The notes under the pieces were generated by a model. That model saw only the letters and a program-made list of their open reading frames with translations, was not told the origin of the DNA and did no database searches. From contig OZ116705.1 in assembly GCA_964199315.1 (NCBI GenBank), forward strand, positions 11,408,001-11,472,000: a DNA stretch of 64,000 bases, written 5' to 3'. Shown here in pieces: positions 10,901-22,123 of this stretch (within the stretch, counting starts at the first letter, position 1; the number at the start of each line of letters is the position of its first letter). Source of the DNA: Orbicella franksi. Its lineage: Eukaryota. Made by a program: the position numbers and the translations under genes.

Positions 10901-13900
10901 ACATAAGCTATTACATTTTAATCCTTTCAATCTCATCTTCTAAAACAGATATCGATGACTGTGCAAGTCATCCCTGTAAGAACAACGGGACCTGTACAGA
11001 CCGAGTGAACGGATTCAACTGCAGCTGTGCACCAGGCTTTAATGGAACAGAGTGTGAAATAGGTAACCGTAGCCAAATTAATGTATTTTCCTTCATATTT
11101 CAGGGTTTTTGGATCTTTTGTACATTGCTCCCTAATATTAAGATTTCATGCCAATAATGAGGCTGTAATGCTGAAAATCGATGGACATCATCCATTCAAA
11201 TGGTTTGTTTGGTAATTTTCATGCACTTGATTATGATAATGATGTACATCTGATAAAGACGTTTCCATGGTCTCCAATTTCTGCATAGAAGCATGAAACT
11301 TATAATATTTTGAAGTACTTTCAGTCGCAAGTGGTAGCGAACTCCTTTGCATGCTGTGTAAATCGTTTTGACAAAGAATGACTGTCGTTACTCCAAGTTA
11401 TCTTAGCTATCGAATATGACCGTTACTAACTTTCTTTCTCGTCCCCTAAACAGATATCAATGACTGTGCAAGTCATCCCTGTAAGAACAGCGGGACCTGC
11501 ACAGACCGAGTGAACGGATTCAACTGCAGCTGTGCACCAGGCTTTAATGGAACAGAGTGTGAAATAGGTAACCGTAGCCAAATTAATGTATTTTCCTTCA
11601 TATTTCAGGGTTTTTGGATCTTTTGTACATTGCTCCCTAATATTAAGATTTCATGCCAATAATGAGGCTGTAATGCTGAAAATCGATGGACATCATCCAT
11701 TCAAATGGTTTGTTTGGTAATTTTCATGCACTTGATTATGATAATGATGTACATCTGATAAAGACGTTTCCATGGTCTCCAATTTCTGCATAGAAGCATG
11801 AAACTTATAATATTTTGAAGTACTTTCAGTCGCAAGTGGTAGCGAACTCCTTTGCATGCTGTGTAAATCGTTTTGACAAAGAATGACTGTCGTTACTCCA
11901 AGTTATCTTAGCTATCGAATATGACCGTTACTAACTTTCTTTCTCGTCCCCTAAACAGATATCAATGACTGTGCAAGTCATCCCTGTAAGAACAGCGGGA
12001 CCTGCACAGACCGAGTGAACGGATTCAACTGCAGCTGTGCACCAGGCTTTAATGGAACAGAGTGTGAAATAGGTAACCGTAGCCAAATTAATGTATTTTC
12101 CTTCATATTTCAGGGTTTTTGGATCTTTTGTACATTGCTCCCTAATATTAAGATTTCATGCCAATAATGAGGCTGTAATGCTGAAAATCGATGGACATCA
12201 TCCATTCAAATGGTTTGTTTGGTAATTTTCATGCACTTGATTATGATAATGATGTACATCTGATAAAGACGTTTCCATGGTCTCCAATTTCTGCATAGAA
12301 GCATGAAACTTATAATATTTTGAAGTACTTTCAGTCGCAAGTGGTAGCGAACTCCTTTGCATGCTGTGTAAATCGTTTTGACAAAGACTGACTGTCGTTA
12401 CTCCAAGTTATCTTAGCTATCGAATATGACCGTTATTAACTTTCTTTCTCGTCCCCTAAACAGATATCAATGACTGTGCAAGTCATCCCTGTAAGAACAG
12501 CGGGACCTGCACAGACCGAGTTAATGGATTCAAATGCAGCTGTGCACCAGGATTTAATGGTCCACAATGTGAAACAGGTAACTTTGGTACAGATACGCAT
12601 CAGCTTTGCCGTTGTAGCACTGATCTACAGGCCCACCTTTGCACCTTGCTCCTCTGATGTATCGATCCATACTCTTTATTTTGATCCTTTGATAGATTCC
12701 GAGATATGACAATGTTGTTCTAAGAGTTAATTCCGTGTTCCGATAGATATTTTCCGTAATACAGAGATAGATCAATGTCCACGCTAGACTCCTTTCCGTT
12801 CTCTCCGATTCCCTTTCTGCACACGTTTTTCAAGTGTCAATCACGAGACTCGACTCAGACCTCGCAGGTCAAACCAGCTCCAGTCCCTAACGTATTTACA
12901 ACACACTCCCCCCTGATTGACTGAGTCAATCATAAGGTGAGACAAAATTTTGACTACAACTCGTAATGTCAGTTCAGTGTTCAAATCGGTTCAGACAGTT
13001 TATGCAACAGTAACTATTGGGATGTCTTCATTCCTGACCATCTGAATGTTCCATCCGCTGTTCGGCTTTACAGCTTCCGCATTAGCTATGACTTTATCAA
13101 GTTCATTGATTTCAAGAGGGTAGAGCTTCTGAATAGGACGTTTCAGAAGAGTTTTGTTGAGAGACTTGTCCACTGTCACCACTTCTGCTGTGCGCGCGAC
13201 GTTGTCTCGTCCCCACAATAGTTTCTCTACTTTCCCCAATCTCCACTGCTGTCTAGGTTTCTTGTCTGTATAGATGTGTACAATGTCTCCTTCTTGAATG
13301 ACTCTTCTTGGCGCTCCTCCTTTAAGTTTCTGGTACTCACGGATCCCAGTCAGATATTCTTCCTTCCATCGATTTCTGAAGTGGGCGAGGAGATTGTTCA
13401 AATATCTTTCTCGCCTGACCAGCGTGTTCATAGGTGCAGTGATAACAGGGGACTGGTCTAACAGTCGACGCCCAATCACAAGATGAGAAGGAGTGAGAGG
13501 ACCTTCTGATAACTCATCGTAGACGTAGGTTAAGGGCCTGGAATTTAAAACTCCTTCAGTTTCAATCAAGACTGTTTCCAGTTCTTCATAACTCAGCTTT
13601 GCGTTTCCAAGCACTTTCTTGAGACACCGCTTTACTAGTTTGACGCAGATTTCAAAGAAACCTCCCCACCAACTGGCTGTGGGAACATTGAATTTCCAGT
13701 CAATGTTCAGATTAAGAACAAATTTCTTCACTTTTCCATCCTTGAAGGTTTTCCCATTGCCTGAAATGAACAAGTTTGGCAATCCTCTTCTACCGAAGAA
13801 TCGCTTTAGCACTCTTATGAACGAGGATGCGGTAAGGTCTGGGACAAGTTCAACGTGAATAGCTCTTGTGCTGGCACACGTGAAAAGAGCAATGTAACAT

Positions 13901-16900
13901 TTGAACATCTCTCCTTTGGACTCGTAGATATTCTTCACATACAGGGGACCAGCAAAGTCCACTCCAACTTTGGAAAATGCTAGATCATCTGAAACTCGAA
14001 ATGAAGGCAGAGGTGGAGCGGGTCGAGTACTGTAGGCTCTTCCTAGGATCTTCTTGCATGTGACACACTTCGAGAGTACATCCTTGACCCCCTGACGACC
14101 TTTGATAATCCAGAATTGGGCTCGGATTTCAGTAAGAGTTTCTCTAACGCCATTGTGTTTCACGTTTCCATGAGCTTGCACTATCACCAACTTTGTGAAG
14201 TGCTGTTTCCTTGGTAACAGGATAGGAAATTTCGCTGAATACGGTAATGAGGAATTCTGGATCCTTCCCTTGCACCGTAGAACTCCTTGTTAATCCTTGA
14301 AGACTGCTAATTGTTCCCATGTAGAACTAGATTTCTCTCTTTCTTCAAGTTTAGTTTGGACTTCTTTGTACCAGAGATGCTTAGCTTCATTCATGTCCTC
14401 CATGCTGATATCATGTGTTTCTGTCTTCTTTCTGAGCCTTTGGAGGAATTTCAGCACAAGAGCGGTCACTCTAAGAAGTTTGCTGGTTGGACGACTTCTG
14501 AGATGCTCTGAGAACTTTGCACTGATACTGTCATAACTCTTGAGATTTCAGATGAACTTTCCTTCTTTAATTCCCTTAAAGCTTCTTCTGGGACTGCGGT
14601 TCCACCTGCTTGACAGTTGGGCCAGTCAAATTCTTCCTTCTTTAGAAATGGTGCTCCCTTCCACCAAAGTTCGTTGGATGCAATGACGGAACTCTTAGCT
14701 CCTCGTGAAGCTATGTCAGCTGGATTAAGCTCAGATGGGCAATATCTCCAATGTTCCTTCTTCCAAAGACTTCGGATCTTCTGAACACGATTTTGCACAA
14801 ACTGCTTAAACTGCTTAGACTCTCCATTGATCCACCACCACACAATTTGAGAGTCTGTCCAATTAAACACCCCATCTACCTTCACAGTGTGGACCAGAGC
14901 CTCGTACACAACTGTCATCAGATTTGCTAACGTTAAGGCATCGATCAACTCCAGTCGAGGAATTGTTTCTCCACTTAAGGGGGCAACTCGGGTCTTCGAG
15001 GCTAGCAGATGTGAAGAGCAGGCATTAGAGGTCATCACCTTAATGTAAACATTTGCTCCAAACACATATTTGCTGGCATCTGCAAATCCATGGAGTTGAA
15101 TAGATATAATGTCTCCCACTTCTATCTCAATACTACTGCAATAGTACTACTGCAATATTCGAGACTCTCTCCATGTCTTCAAATAATTCCTTCCAACATG
15201 ATGCGAGATCTTCTGACAGGGCTTCGTCCCAATCAATTTTTAACCGGCAAATCTCTTCAAACATGAACTTCAGTGGCAAGATAACTGGTGACAACAGGCC
15301 TAGTGGGTCGTAGAATTGAGCAGTAGTGCTCAACAGTTTCCGTTTTGTTAGAGTTCCTTCCAAGGCTTGTCCAGCAAAGGTAGTTAGATCAAACTTGAGG
15401 TTGTCTTCTATCCGATCCCACGGAACACCCATCACCTTGATCAGGGTTTCTTCATTCACAGCATTGTTTGAAGAGCCATCTTCAACCACATGAGACTTTG
15501 ATGCAAGAGTTACTTCAGGAAATGGTTTAGGCGTTGCTAATATTGCTGCTTCCTCTTTCTTGATCAGCTCAGTTAACTCTTGACTCTTTGATGCCCACTT
15601 CCTCATGTTAAAGCCTCCTTCTCCGAAGCGCAACTTCAATTTCCGGTAAAGTTCAAAGCCGTCCTTTACCGTGTCCTTCCCGGGTACAAAATCGTCAACA
15701 TACAAGGCTCTGACAACGGTGTCTACAAGACGTGGATCAGTGTTCTCATACTTTGATAAGTGATTCCTTAGTGTCACATTCAGAATGAATGGAGAGCATA
15801 CAAGGCCAAACACAAGCCGTGTGAATCTCAGTGTGATTACTCCCGGGTTTGTAGAGTTGATGTCATCTATCCACAAGAACCTCAACAAATTTCTCTCCTC
15901 AGGATTAATTTCAATGTTCAGGAAAGCCTTCTCCAAATCTCCAATCAGAGCTACTTTGTGAAAACGGACTCTCAACAAGATATCAAAAATCAATGGAGTT
16001 AAGGCAGGGCCTGGCAGGAGACAGTCATTCAAACTAGGTTCGGTTCGAGACTTCGCACTAGCATCATAGACTACGCGCAGTTTGGTAGTGGTTCTATCTT
16101 CTTTCACCACCTCTTTGTGAGGAATGTAATGAACAGTTCCAGGAAGGCATTGTTCCTCATGTCCCTTGTCAATCATTTCAACTATACCTGAGTTCAATTG
16201 TTCCCTGATTACAGTGTCATACTGCTGTAAAATGTCTGGCTTAGCTTTCAAACTCTTTAAGGAACATGCGAGACGGTTTTGTGCCAACAAGTGGTTATCT
16301 GGAATATCAGGGTGTTCTTCCTTAAATGGGAGAGACACTTCATAACGGACCCCATTGAACTTCACCTTGGTCAGATAATCTTCAAGAAATTCATCTTCTC
16401 TTTCTTTAACTCCAAGAGTGTCATAGTCCCAGAACTTGCTCAGTTCATTTTTGAGAGAATCATTCTTTGAGACAGAATCTTCCTCGACCACCCTACACTC
16501 CGTCTTCATTACATGCGACATGTTAACGCTTGAAGGACTTTGACCTGAATTTGCCACATTTACAGACCCACTCAACACATACCCCAATCTTGTACGAACT
16601 GCTACAGGGTCATGAAGCTCCCCCCGTACCACATGGTTTTGAACGACTGACCAGTAATAATCTGCTCCAATCAATATGTCCACTTCTAGCTCCTCATCCC
16701 CTTGTGAGTAATCAGCTAGAGGTAAACCTTGGAGATGTGGGTAACACTGCTGTGCAACTTCAATTGTTTGGTTTGCATTAGGGCCACAAATCAAATCAAC
16801 TTCATAGACATTAATGAACACTGTCAAATTGTCTTGGCATTCCAATGCGAACTGAACAACGTCACATTTCTTCAATGATGCCTCACTGTTTCCAAACGTT

Positions 16901-17510
16901 TTAATCAGAACTGTTTCAGTTGCAATCGGTGACAGGCCTAATTCGTTCCTTAATCGCGTGTTTATGTAAGACTTCTGAGAACAAGAATCAAGCATGATTC
17001 TCACATTACAGGAACTCTCTCCATTAGGATTTCTGACAATTGCTCTAGCCGTTTGCAACAAAACAGAGTTGTTCTTAACATCTTGAGTGAAATACAAATT
17101 AGTACTCACAGTTTGTTCCTGATTGTTGCCTCTCGCTTGTCCGGCTGGAGATGGGTGACCTGGATATTCTTGGGCGCTGCACAATGCTAAATGATGTTTT
17201 CCGCCACAACGGTGACATCGAGCCTGACAATCACGACTCAAATGACCACTCCTCAGACAACCAAAACATTCAAGTGGTAGCGAACTCCTTTGCATGCTGT
17301 GTAAATCGTTTTGACAAAGAATGACTGTCGTTACTTCAAGTTATCTTAGCTATCGAATATGACCGTTATTAACTTTCTTTCTCGTCCCCTAAACAGATAT
17401 CAATGACTGTGCAAGTCATCCCTGTAAGAACAGCGGGACCTGCACAGACCGAGTTAATGGATTCAAATGCAGCTGTGCACCAGGATTTAATGGTCCACAA
17501 TGTGAAACAG
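4919..17510 (+). CDS. Cluster copy A: secreted PAN-like / FReD-N-like / 5x cbEGF protein, 3' end missing or disrupted
   Basis: GT-AG, all phase-1 exons: 4919-4988 ([24 protein letters not shown]), 7688-8026 (PAN-like ...[27 protein letters not shown]), 8223-8372 ([11 protein letters not shown]...GNYWFDS...RCDM), EGF 10949-11062, 11454-11567, 11959-12072, 12464-12577, 17397-17510. Open frame throughout; no EGF_CA/D8C exons found after EGF5. Confidence 0.8.
7688..8026 (+). CDS. Copy A exon 2: second hydrophobic segment + PAN/apple-like domain
   Basis: ORF 7726-8043; Cys pattern C-x3-C-x5-CQSFNY-x6-CELN typical of cnidarian PAN-like domains; donor AG|GTATTG at 8026; paralogs at 46731-47051 and 60883-61203. 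Confidence 0.8.
8553..10294. mobile_element. Non-autonomous DNA transposon, P-superfamily-like (1742 bp) in copy A intron 3
   Basis: TIR CAGGAGCCATAATCGGGGACGGAGACCG extending imperfectly ~100 bp; 7-bp direct repeat CTGTAAT at 8546-8552 and 10295-10301; no transposase ORF; absent from the equivalent intron of copies C and D. Confidence 0.75.
10949..12577 (+). repeat. 505-bp near-perfect tandem repeat, each unit one EGF exon plus intron
   Basis: Exon starts 10949, 11454, 11959, 12464 (period exactly 505); units differ by only a few substitutions. Confidence 0.95.
12655..12903 (-). repeat. BEL LTR copy 1 (3' LTR, 249 bp)
   Basis: Minus strand TGTTGT...ACATCA with internal AATAAA; preceded by PPT; flanked by TCCTC (12650-12654). 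Confidence 0.88.
13000..17270 (-). pseudogene. BEL/Pao gag-pol polyprotein, disrupted
   Basis: ORFs 15133-17295, 14466-15119 and 13000-14190 in order PR-RT-RH-IN; frameshifts near 15140 and 14480, in-frame stop near 14290; gag N-terminus replaced by host intron at 17271. Confidence 0.9.
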
Positions 17511-17587
17511 GTAACTTTGGTACAGATACGCATCAGCTTTGCCGTTGTAGCACTGATCTACAGGCCCACCTTTGCACCTTGCTCCTC

Positions 17588-17836
17588 TGATGTATCGATC
17601 CATACTCTTTATTTTGATCCTTTGATAGATTCCGAGATATGACAATGTTGTTCTAAGAGTTAATTCCGTGTTCCGATAGATATTTTCCGTAATACAGAGA
17701 TAGATCAATGTCCACGCTAGACTCCTTTCCGTTCTCTCCGATTCCCTTTCTGCACACGTTTTTCAAGTGTCAATCACGAGACTCGACTCAGACCTCGCAG
17801 GTCAAACCAGCTCCAGTCCCTAACTTAATTACAACA
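17588..17836 (-). repeat. BEL LTR copy 2 with solo-LTR signature (249 bp)
   Basis: Matches 12655-12903 except 2 nt near one end; 5-bp TSD TCCTC on both sides (17583-17587, 17837-17841). Confidence 0.9.
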
Positions 17837-19560
17837 TCCTCCAACGCCTGTGTCGTATACTAAATATCCTGCACTCTGTGCGACAGTAGGACCAGATCAG
17901 CAGAGAAGTCACGGTCTTCTAAAGAAGTCGTGAGAAGACCACTGGATACCACGCCTCCAGTCAAAAGCTGTCCTGGTCACCTAATCAAGGGCGACCAGAA
18001 ACAATAAGGAAGATAGTACGCAGCCTTGACTGACAGCAGTCCTCATGCTCAATGGTTCGGTCATCTGACCATCATGTACCACCTGCACAGAAAAACTTTC
18101 ATAAAAACTTTCATAAAAACTCTGATGATGGTAACCATGTCTTGACGGGCATTCAGTAGTGGCGCAGCAACCTCCACAACACCTTTCTGCTGATGCTATC
18201 GAAAGCCTTCTCGAAATCTATAAAGTTGATTTACAACGAGGAGTGTAACCTAATACTTCGTTCCACAGTGATCCTCAGTGTCGCTAGTTGGTCCTCACAG
18301 CTTGAACCACCTCAAAATCCCGCTTGTTCTACTTGCAGTTTTCCATCCAGTGCCATCTTTATACGCTCCAAGATCACATTGCAGAACATTTTATTTGCCA
18401 TGTCCAAAAGCATGATGCCTCGCCATTTTCTGAAGGGACTCCGATCGCTTTTCTTTGGTAGGTTGCAGCTTGATTAGCAAACCAATCTTCCACTCCTCTG
18501 GTACCTGCTGTCTACTCCATATCTGATTGCAGAGGCCCAAAATAATCTCCTCTGACGCTTTACCCCCAGCGTTAATTGCCTCTGGTGGTATATTGTCACA
18601 TCCTGCTGCCTCCCCTTTCTTTAACTTCTTCATAGCGTCTCGTACAAAGCGACATCGTACAAAGTCCTCACAGCACCCCTGTTTCAAGCTTTCTTAGCCC
18701 TCTCTGCCTCTGAAGCCGTTTACATCCTCTTGTCTCTCCTGCAGCTTCTCTTCGTCTCCCTATTCAGCTCCTGGTACCTTTTACTCGTATCCATCCTCTG
18801 CTTTCTCTCCCAGCCATGTTCATAGCATTTTTTGCGTCCTTTGATTGCTCAATTATCTCCCATTATCCACCGGCAGTTCCTTCTTCTCAATCAACTGCTG
18901 CAGAGCCTCAAATCTGTTGTGCAGAGTGCGCTCGAAAATGTCCCTTATATCTGGATCTCTCAGCTTACTGACCTCAAAACGCACTTTGTCAGTTTCCCCC
19001 AATCTTTAGCCTGACGTCTGTCAACAGCAGGTGTTGGTCTGACCCAGCATCTGTCCCACGCATGACACAAACATCCTGCATGCATACAGCGAGCTCTTCT
19101 TCTCTTGCGATATGGTCGATATGATTCTCGGTGCCACCAGCAGAAGACATTCGTGTGCGCTTATGACACATCTTCTGAGGGAAAAGCGTTCCACCAATCG
19201 CTAACTCGTTTACTTGATAGTAACCAGTCAACCTCTCACCATTATCAGCGTTTCACCAATCGCTAACTCGTTTACTTGACAGTAATCAGTCCACCTCTCA
19301 CCATTATCATTCATCTCAAATCTCACTCTATGTATACCCATCACCTTCACTCTACCCGTGTTGTTCGTCCCTACCTTAGCGTCATGTCTCCCAGATCTTC
19401 ACATGTCTACTTGGCACCTGCTCCACAATTATCTATAGCGCGCTGTTCATAGAAGTCATCCTTTGCTTTGTCCGTTGCTTCATTTGTTGAAGCATAGCAT
19501 TGTAAGACGGCGACCTGCTGCCACCTCGAGTCGAACCTGACCCTGACATTGCTCTGAGAT

Positions 19561-20450
19561 ACATATATGTTATATGCCGGCTGGGAGGTCCGTGTGGTGA
19601 AAAACTGTGACCGAGGTCTTGAAAATGCTGCCGAGGTCACAGTTTTTCACAATACGGACCGACCGTAGGCCGCAAAAAACATGTTGATTATTTTTTCTGC
19701 ATTTAATGGTTTTACAGATTACAAATGGGTTTATTTACGCAACTCTTGTCATTGAATCGGCTTGCGCGCCGTCTACTGACGATTTGTAAAAAATCTCGGC
19801 AACGAGCTGGTAACTCAGATAGTAGACAAAGAAAGATGTATTAAAAACAGACTTTTTTCGAACTACTTTGTGTTAGTTGCATTTATTTCAGCAGTTAAGT
19901 TCTCCAAAATTGTTTTTGCGTTGTGAAATTTCGTGCGAAGTTTGAAGTTTTACTACAAAAACCATTTCAATCACTTCGTGACTTTTCTAACGTAAATTTA
20001 ATAGCAGAAAGCGAGGAAATTCGTTAAGTGTATTCCACAGAAATTCTTCTAACTACAGCAACGATCAGAGAGGTAAACTCGACTGAAATTGACTCAAATT
20101 TTGCGGCGAGAGAAACACAGGATTACGCGCTATTACAGGGCCAAGCTACAAACAATTAAGCAAACTCTCACAACTTCAAAACAGTCGATTGAATTCACTT
20201 ACAGTGACTTTCCTTGCCATTTTAAAGTGAACAGAGATAAACTTGCGTTGACTAATCGTCGATGGATGTGTAAACAAGGCAAAAGATTGACGACTACCGG
20301 TAACTTTTAGGAGCGAAATTCAGGCAGCGGGGAAAAAATCCGGCCCGTGAGTCGTATCGTAAAAAGCTGGACCGGTCACGTGCGTATGATTAGCCAATCA
20401 AATTCGAAGATTTAGGATTCCGGCCCGCTCAGATGCTGGAGAAAAAAATA
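19561..20450. mobile_element. Non-coding interspersed element inserted in the RTE endonuclease region
   Basis: RTE reading frame (..EP|ISE..) resumes on either side; 5' part has hairpin GTGAAAAACTGTGACC...GGTCACAGTTTTTCAC. Family not assigned; ends approximate. Confidence 0.55.
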
Positions 20451-22123
20451 ATGGTTCCTATTCTAGCAGACCTTGTGCAGCATCTCTGGATAGAATTAAA
20501 CCAAACCATCACTCCTGGTTTTCACTTTCATCCATTCCTGAGTGTAGCACAATTTCATCAACTTCGCACAGGAGTTACATCTCATTTCACTCACCCCCTG
20601 AGTGCTGCTGCTTCCGCATCTCCTTGGTCACCTGGGCTCACTTACCTGTCTCAAAAATCGTCCTTATATTCCGTTGCCCGATTCTTACAAGCACTTTTGG
20701 CGCAAGCAATTTCATCGGCGGTTTAAGCGTCATTCGTAGGTTTGCACGCTGCTCCAACCGGGCGTTGACATTCTGTATCTCTGCTTCCCCACAGAAGGGC
20801 GCAGTGGCAATTCTAGTTTCGGTTTTTGTAATAAGCATGTTTTCCGGGAGCGGGTTCTTGGCCCACTGCCCAGCCCCCAACCTGGAGGACCAGGGGCTGT
20901 TCTTTGTCAGGCCTCTATCTTTCGACCAATCCGGCATGGTTAGACCGATACGGGACAGAATTTCCAGCTGGGCCAGCTCCTTGGGTCCTTGAGATAGTAA
21001 CCATTTACCATCACCGCAACGCGTCAGTCCACGGCGAAATTGATTCGATTAGGTTTAGATATTTTACTTGTAGTCTGTTTGCTGTATAGGCTCCTTTCAA
21101 GTGGAACGGGCAAGGTTTCGAACATAGTAATTTTTACCCATTGAGAACAGTATTGAAACACATCGCTTCTTCTCTCTCCATAAGGCTTTGCCTACTGAGA
21201 TCGCCGAACCCAAATAGATTGAATATAAAGCAGTCAAATGATCGATATCCTCAGTTTCTAGACCAGTAAATTCGAACCTCATGTCTGCATAATTTTTTAG
21301 TGAGCTTCAGTTGTGCGCCGAAAAAATTGCCAATGTAAAATCTATGATGCTAATATAATGCGCTTTCTTTTATTCTTTTAGCCTCGACGTGCAAGTTACT
21401 TTCTGACAAGAACTTGTAAGTGCAACTTGCTGAACTTTTGGTAGATTTGCAACTTTCAGTCTTTGTAAGAAACACAAATGCACTCAATGCTTTGGAATCG
21501 TTGGTGATGTCGAGTTTTGTTTTGCTTTTACACAATAAGGAAACCGTTCTGCAGCCTACCAAGGATTTTCCTTATGTTTAGGCGAGGGCGAATTGCGAAA
21601 GAAAAAAGTGCAGATATTTTTCGCTGCGTAGAATATTGCCATTGAAGACGAAAAGCTCTAACCTAAAAACTTAACTAACAGCGGTAACTGTGTTATGTTC
21701 GTAATAACCAGACTAAACTAGAATCCGACCACCATAATTTTTAATCTGCCATTTATTTCCTAATTATAATTAAGTCCAATTCGATCACGCTTGCACAGGC
21801 TCACAGGTTTGTCAGTTGTATGTCTATTATGAGCCTCTGAACAAAGTAGATTTTTAATGAAAATATTCTAAACTTCCTCTCCTTTGCCATAGTACAATTG
21901 AGCATCCATACGAAAAATAAAAAAGCCTACGGAAAGTATTGAACTCCTATGGGTCTGGTTAAGGACACACAAAAATCGATCATACATTTCTCAGACTAGA
22001 GCCTCGAAGACTGCTTTTAGATTGGTCAAATGGCAGTGGGAAGAGTTTCAAACTTGAACGTAAGGCGAGGTAAGAGTGATCAAACTGCAGCAGCACTGAT
22101 AAGATTTTATAATGCTTTATCAG

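Larger units (their letters stand above)
12655..17270 (-). mobile_element. BEL/Pao LTR retrotransposon, 5'-truncated (3' LTR + internal region)
   Basis: Minus strand: zinc knuckles ([27 protein letters not shown]), protease ([10 protein letters not shown]), RT ([13 protein letters not shown]), RNase H (LHGFADAS), integrase (H..H..C..C, GVDFAGP), PPT GGGGGGAGTG then LTR 12903-12655. Confidence 0.93.
17517..20990 (-). mobile_element. Degenerate RTE-clade LINE (APE + RT relics), interrupted by the BEL LTR and a second insertion
   Basis: Minus strand: 5' region CCTGGTCCTCCAGGTTGGGGG (~20890), APE-like RIGQRNIRTIFETGK, QCYASTNEA..KDDFYEQ, IGGTLFP..NHIDHI, RT-like GCDNIPPEA..EEWKIGLLIKL, and ALEE|EQGAKVGL joined across the LTR. 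A 71-bp piece is duplicated at 12584-12654. Confidence 0.8.

Noticed and set aside
10949-12577. Regular repeat array resembling CRISPR or a satellite
   Set aside because: 505-bp exon+intron units with no unique spacers; eukaryotic context, no cas genes.
12470-12709. ORFs '[12 protein letters not shown]...' (also 17403-17642, 62323-62520) and antisense ORFs over EGF exons
   Set aside because: Alternative-frame or reverse readings of the EGF exon plus intron/LTR; the spliced EGF frame explains them.
15131-15156. 14-bp-period repeat at the BEL pol frameshift, initially read as a tandem duplication
   Set aside because: Flanking frames fit a small deletion from an IAVPRYYC-like motif equally well; cannot be decided without the family consensus.
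21770-21945. Candidate linker exons between EGF5 and the USOMP5-like exon (21770-21807; 21893-21935)
   Set aside because: Neither yields the expected SCxE motif with correct phases; splice sites weak.
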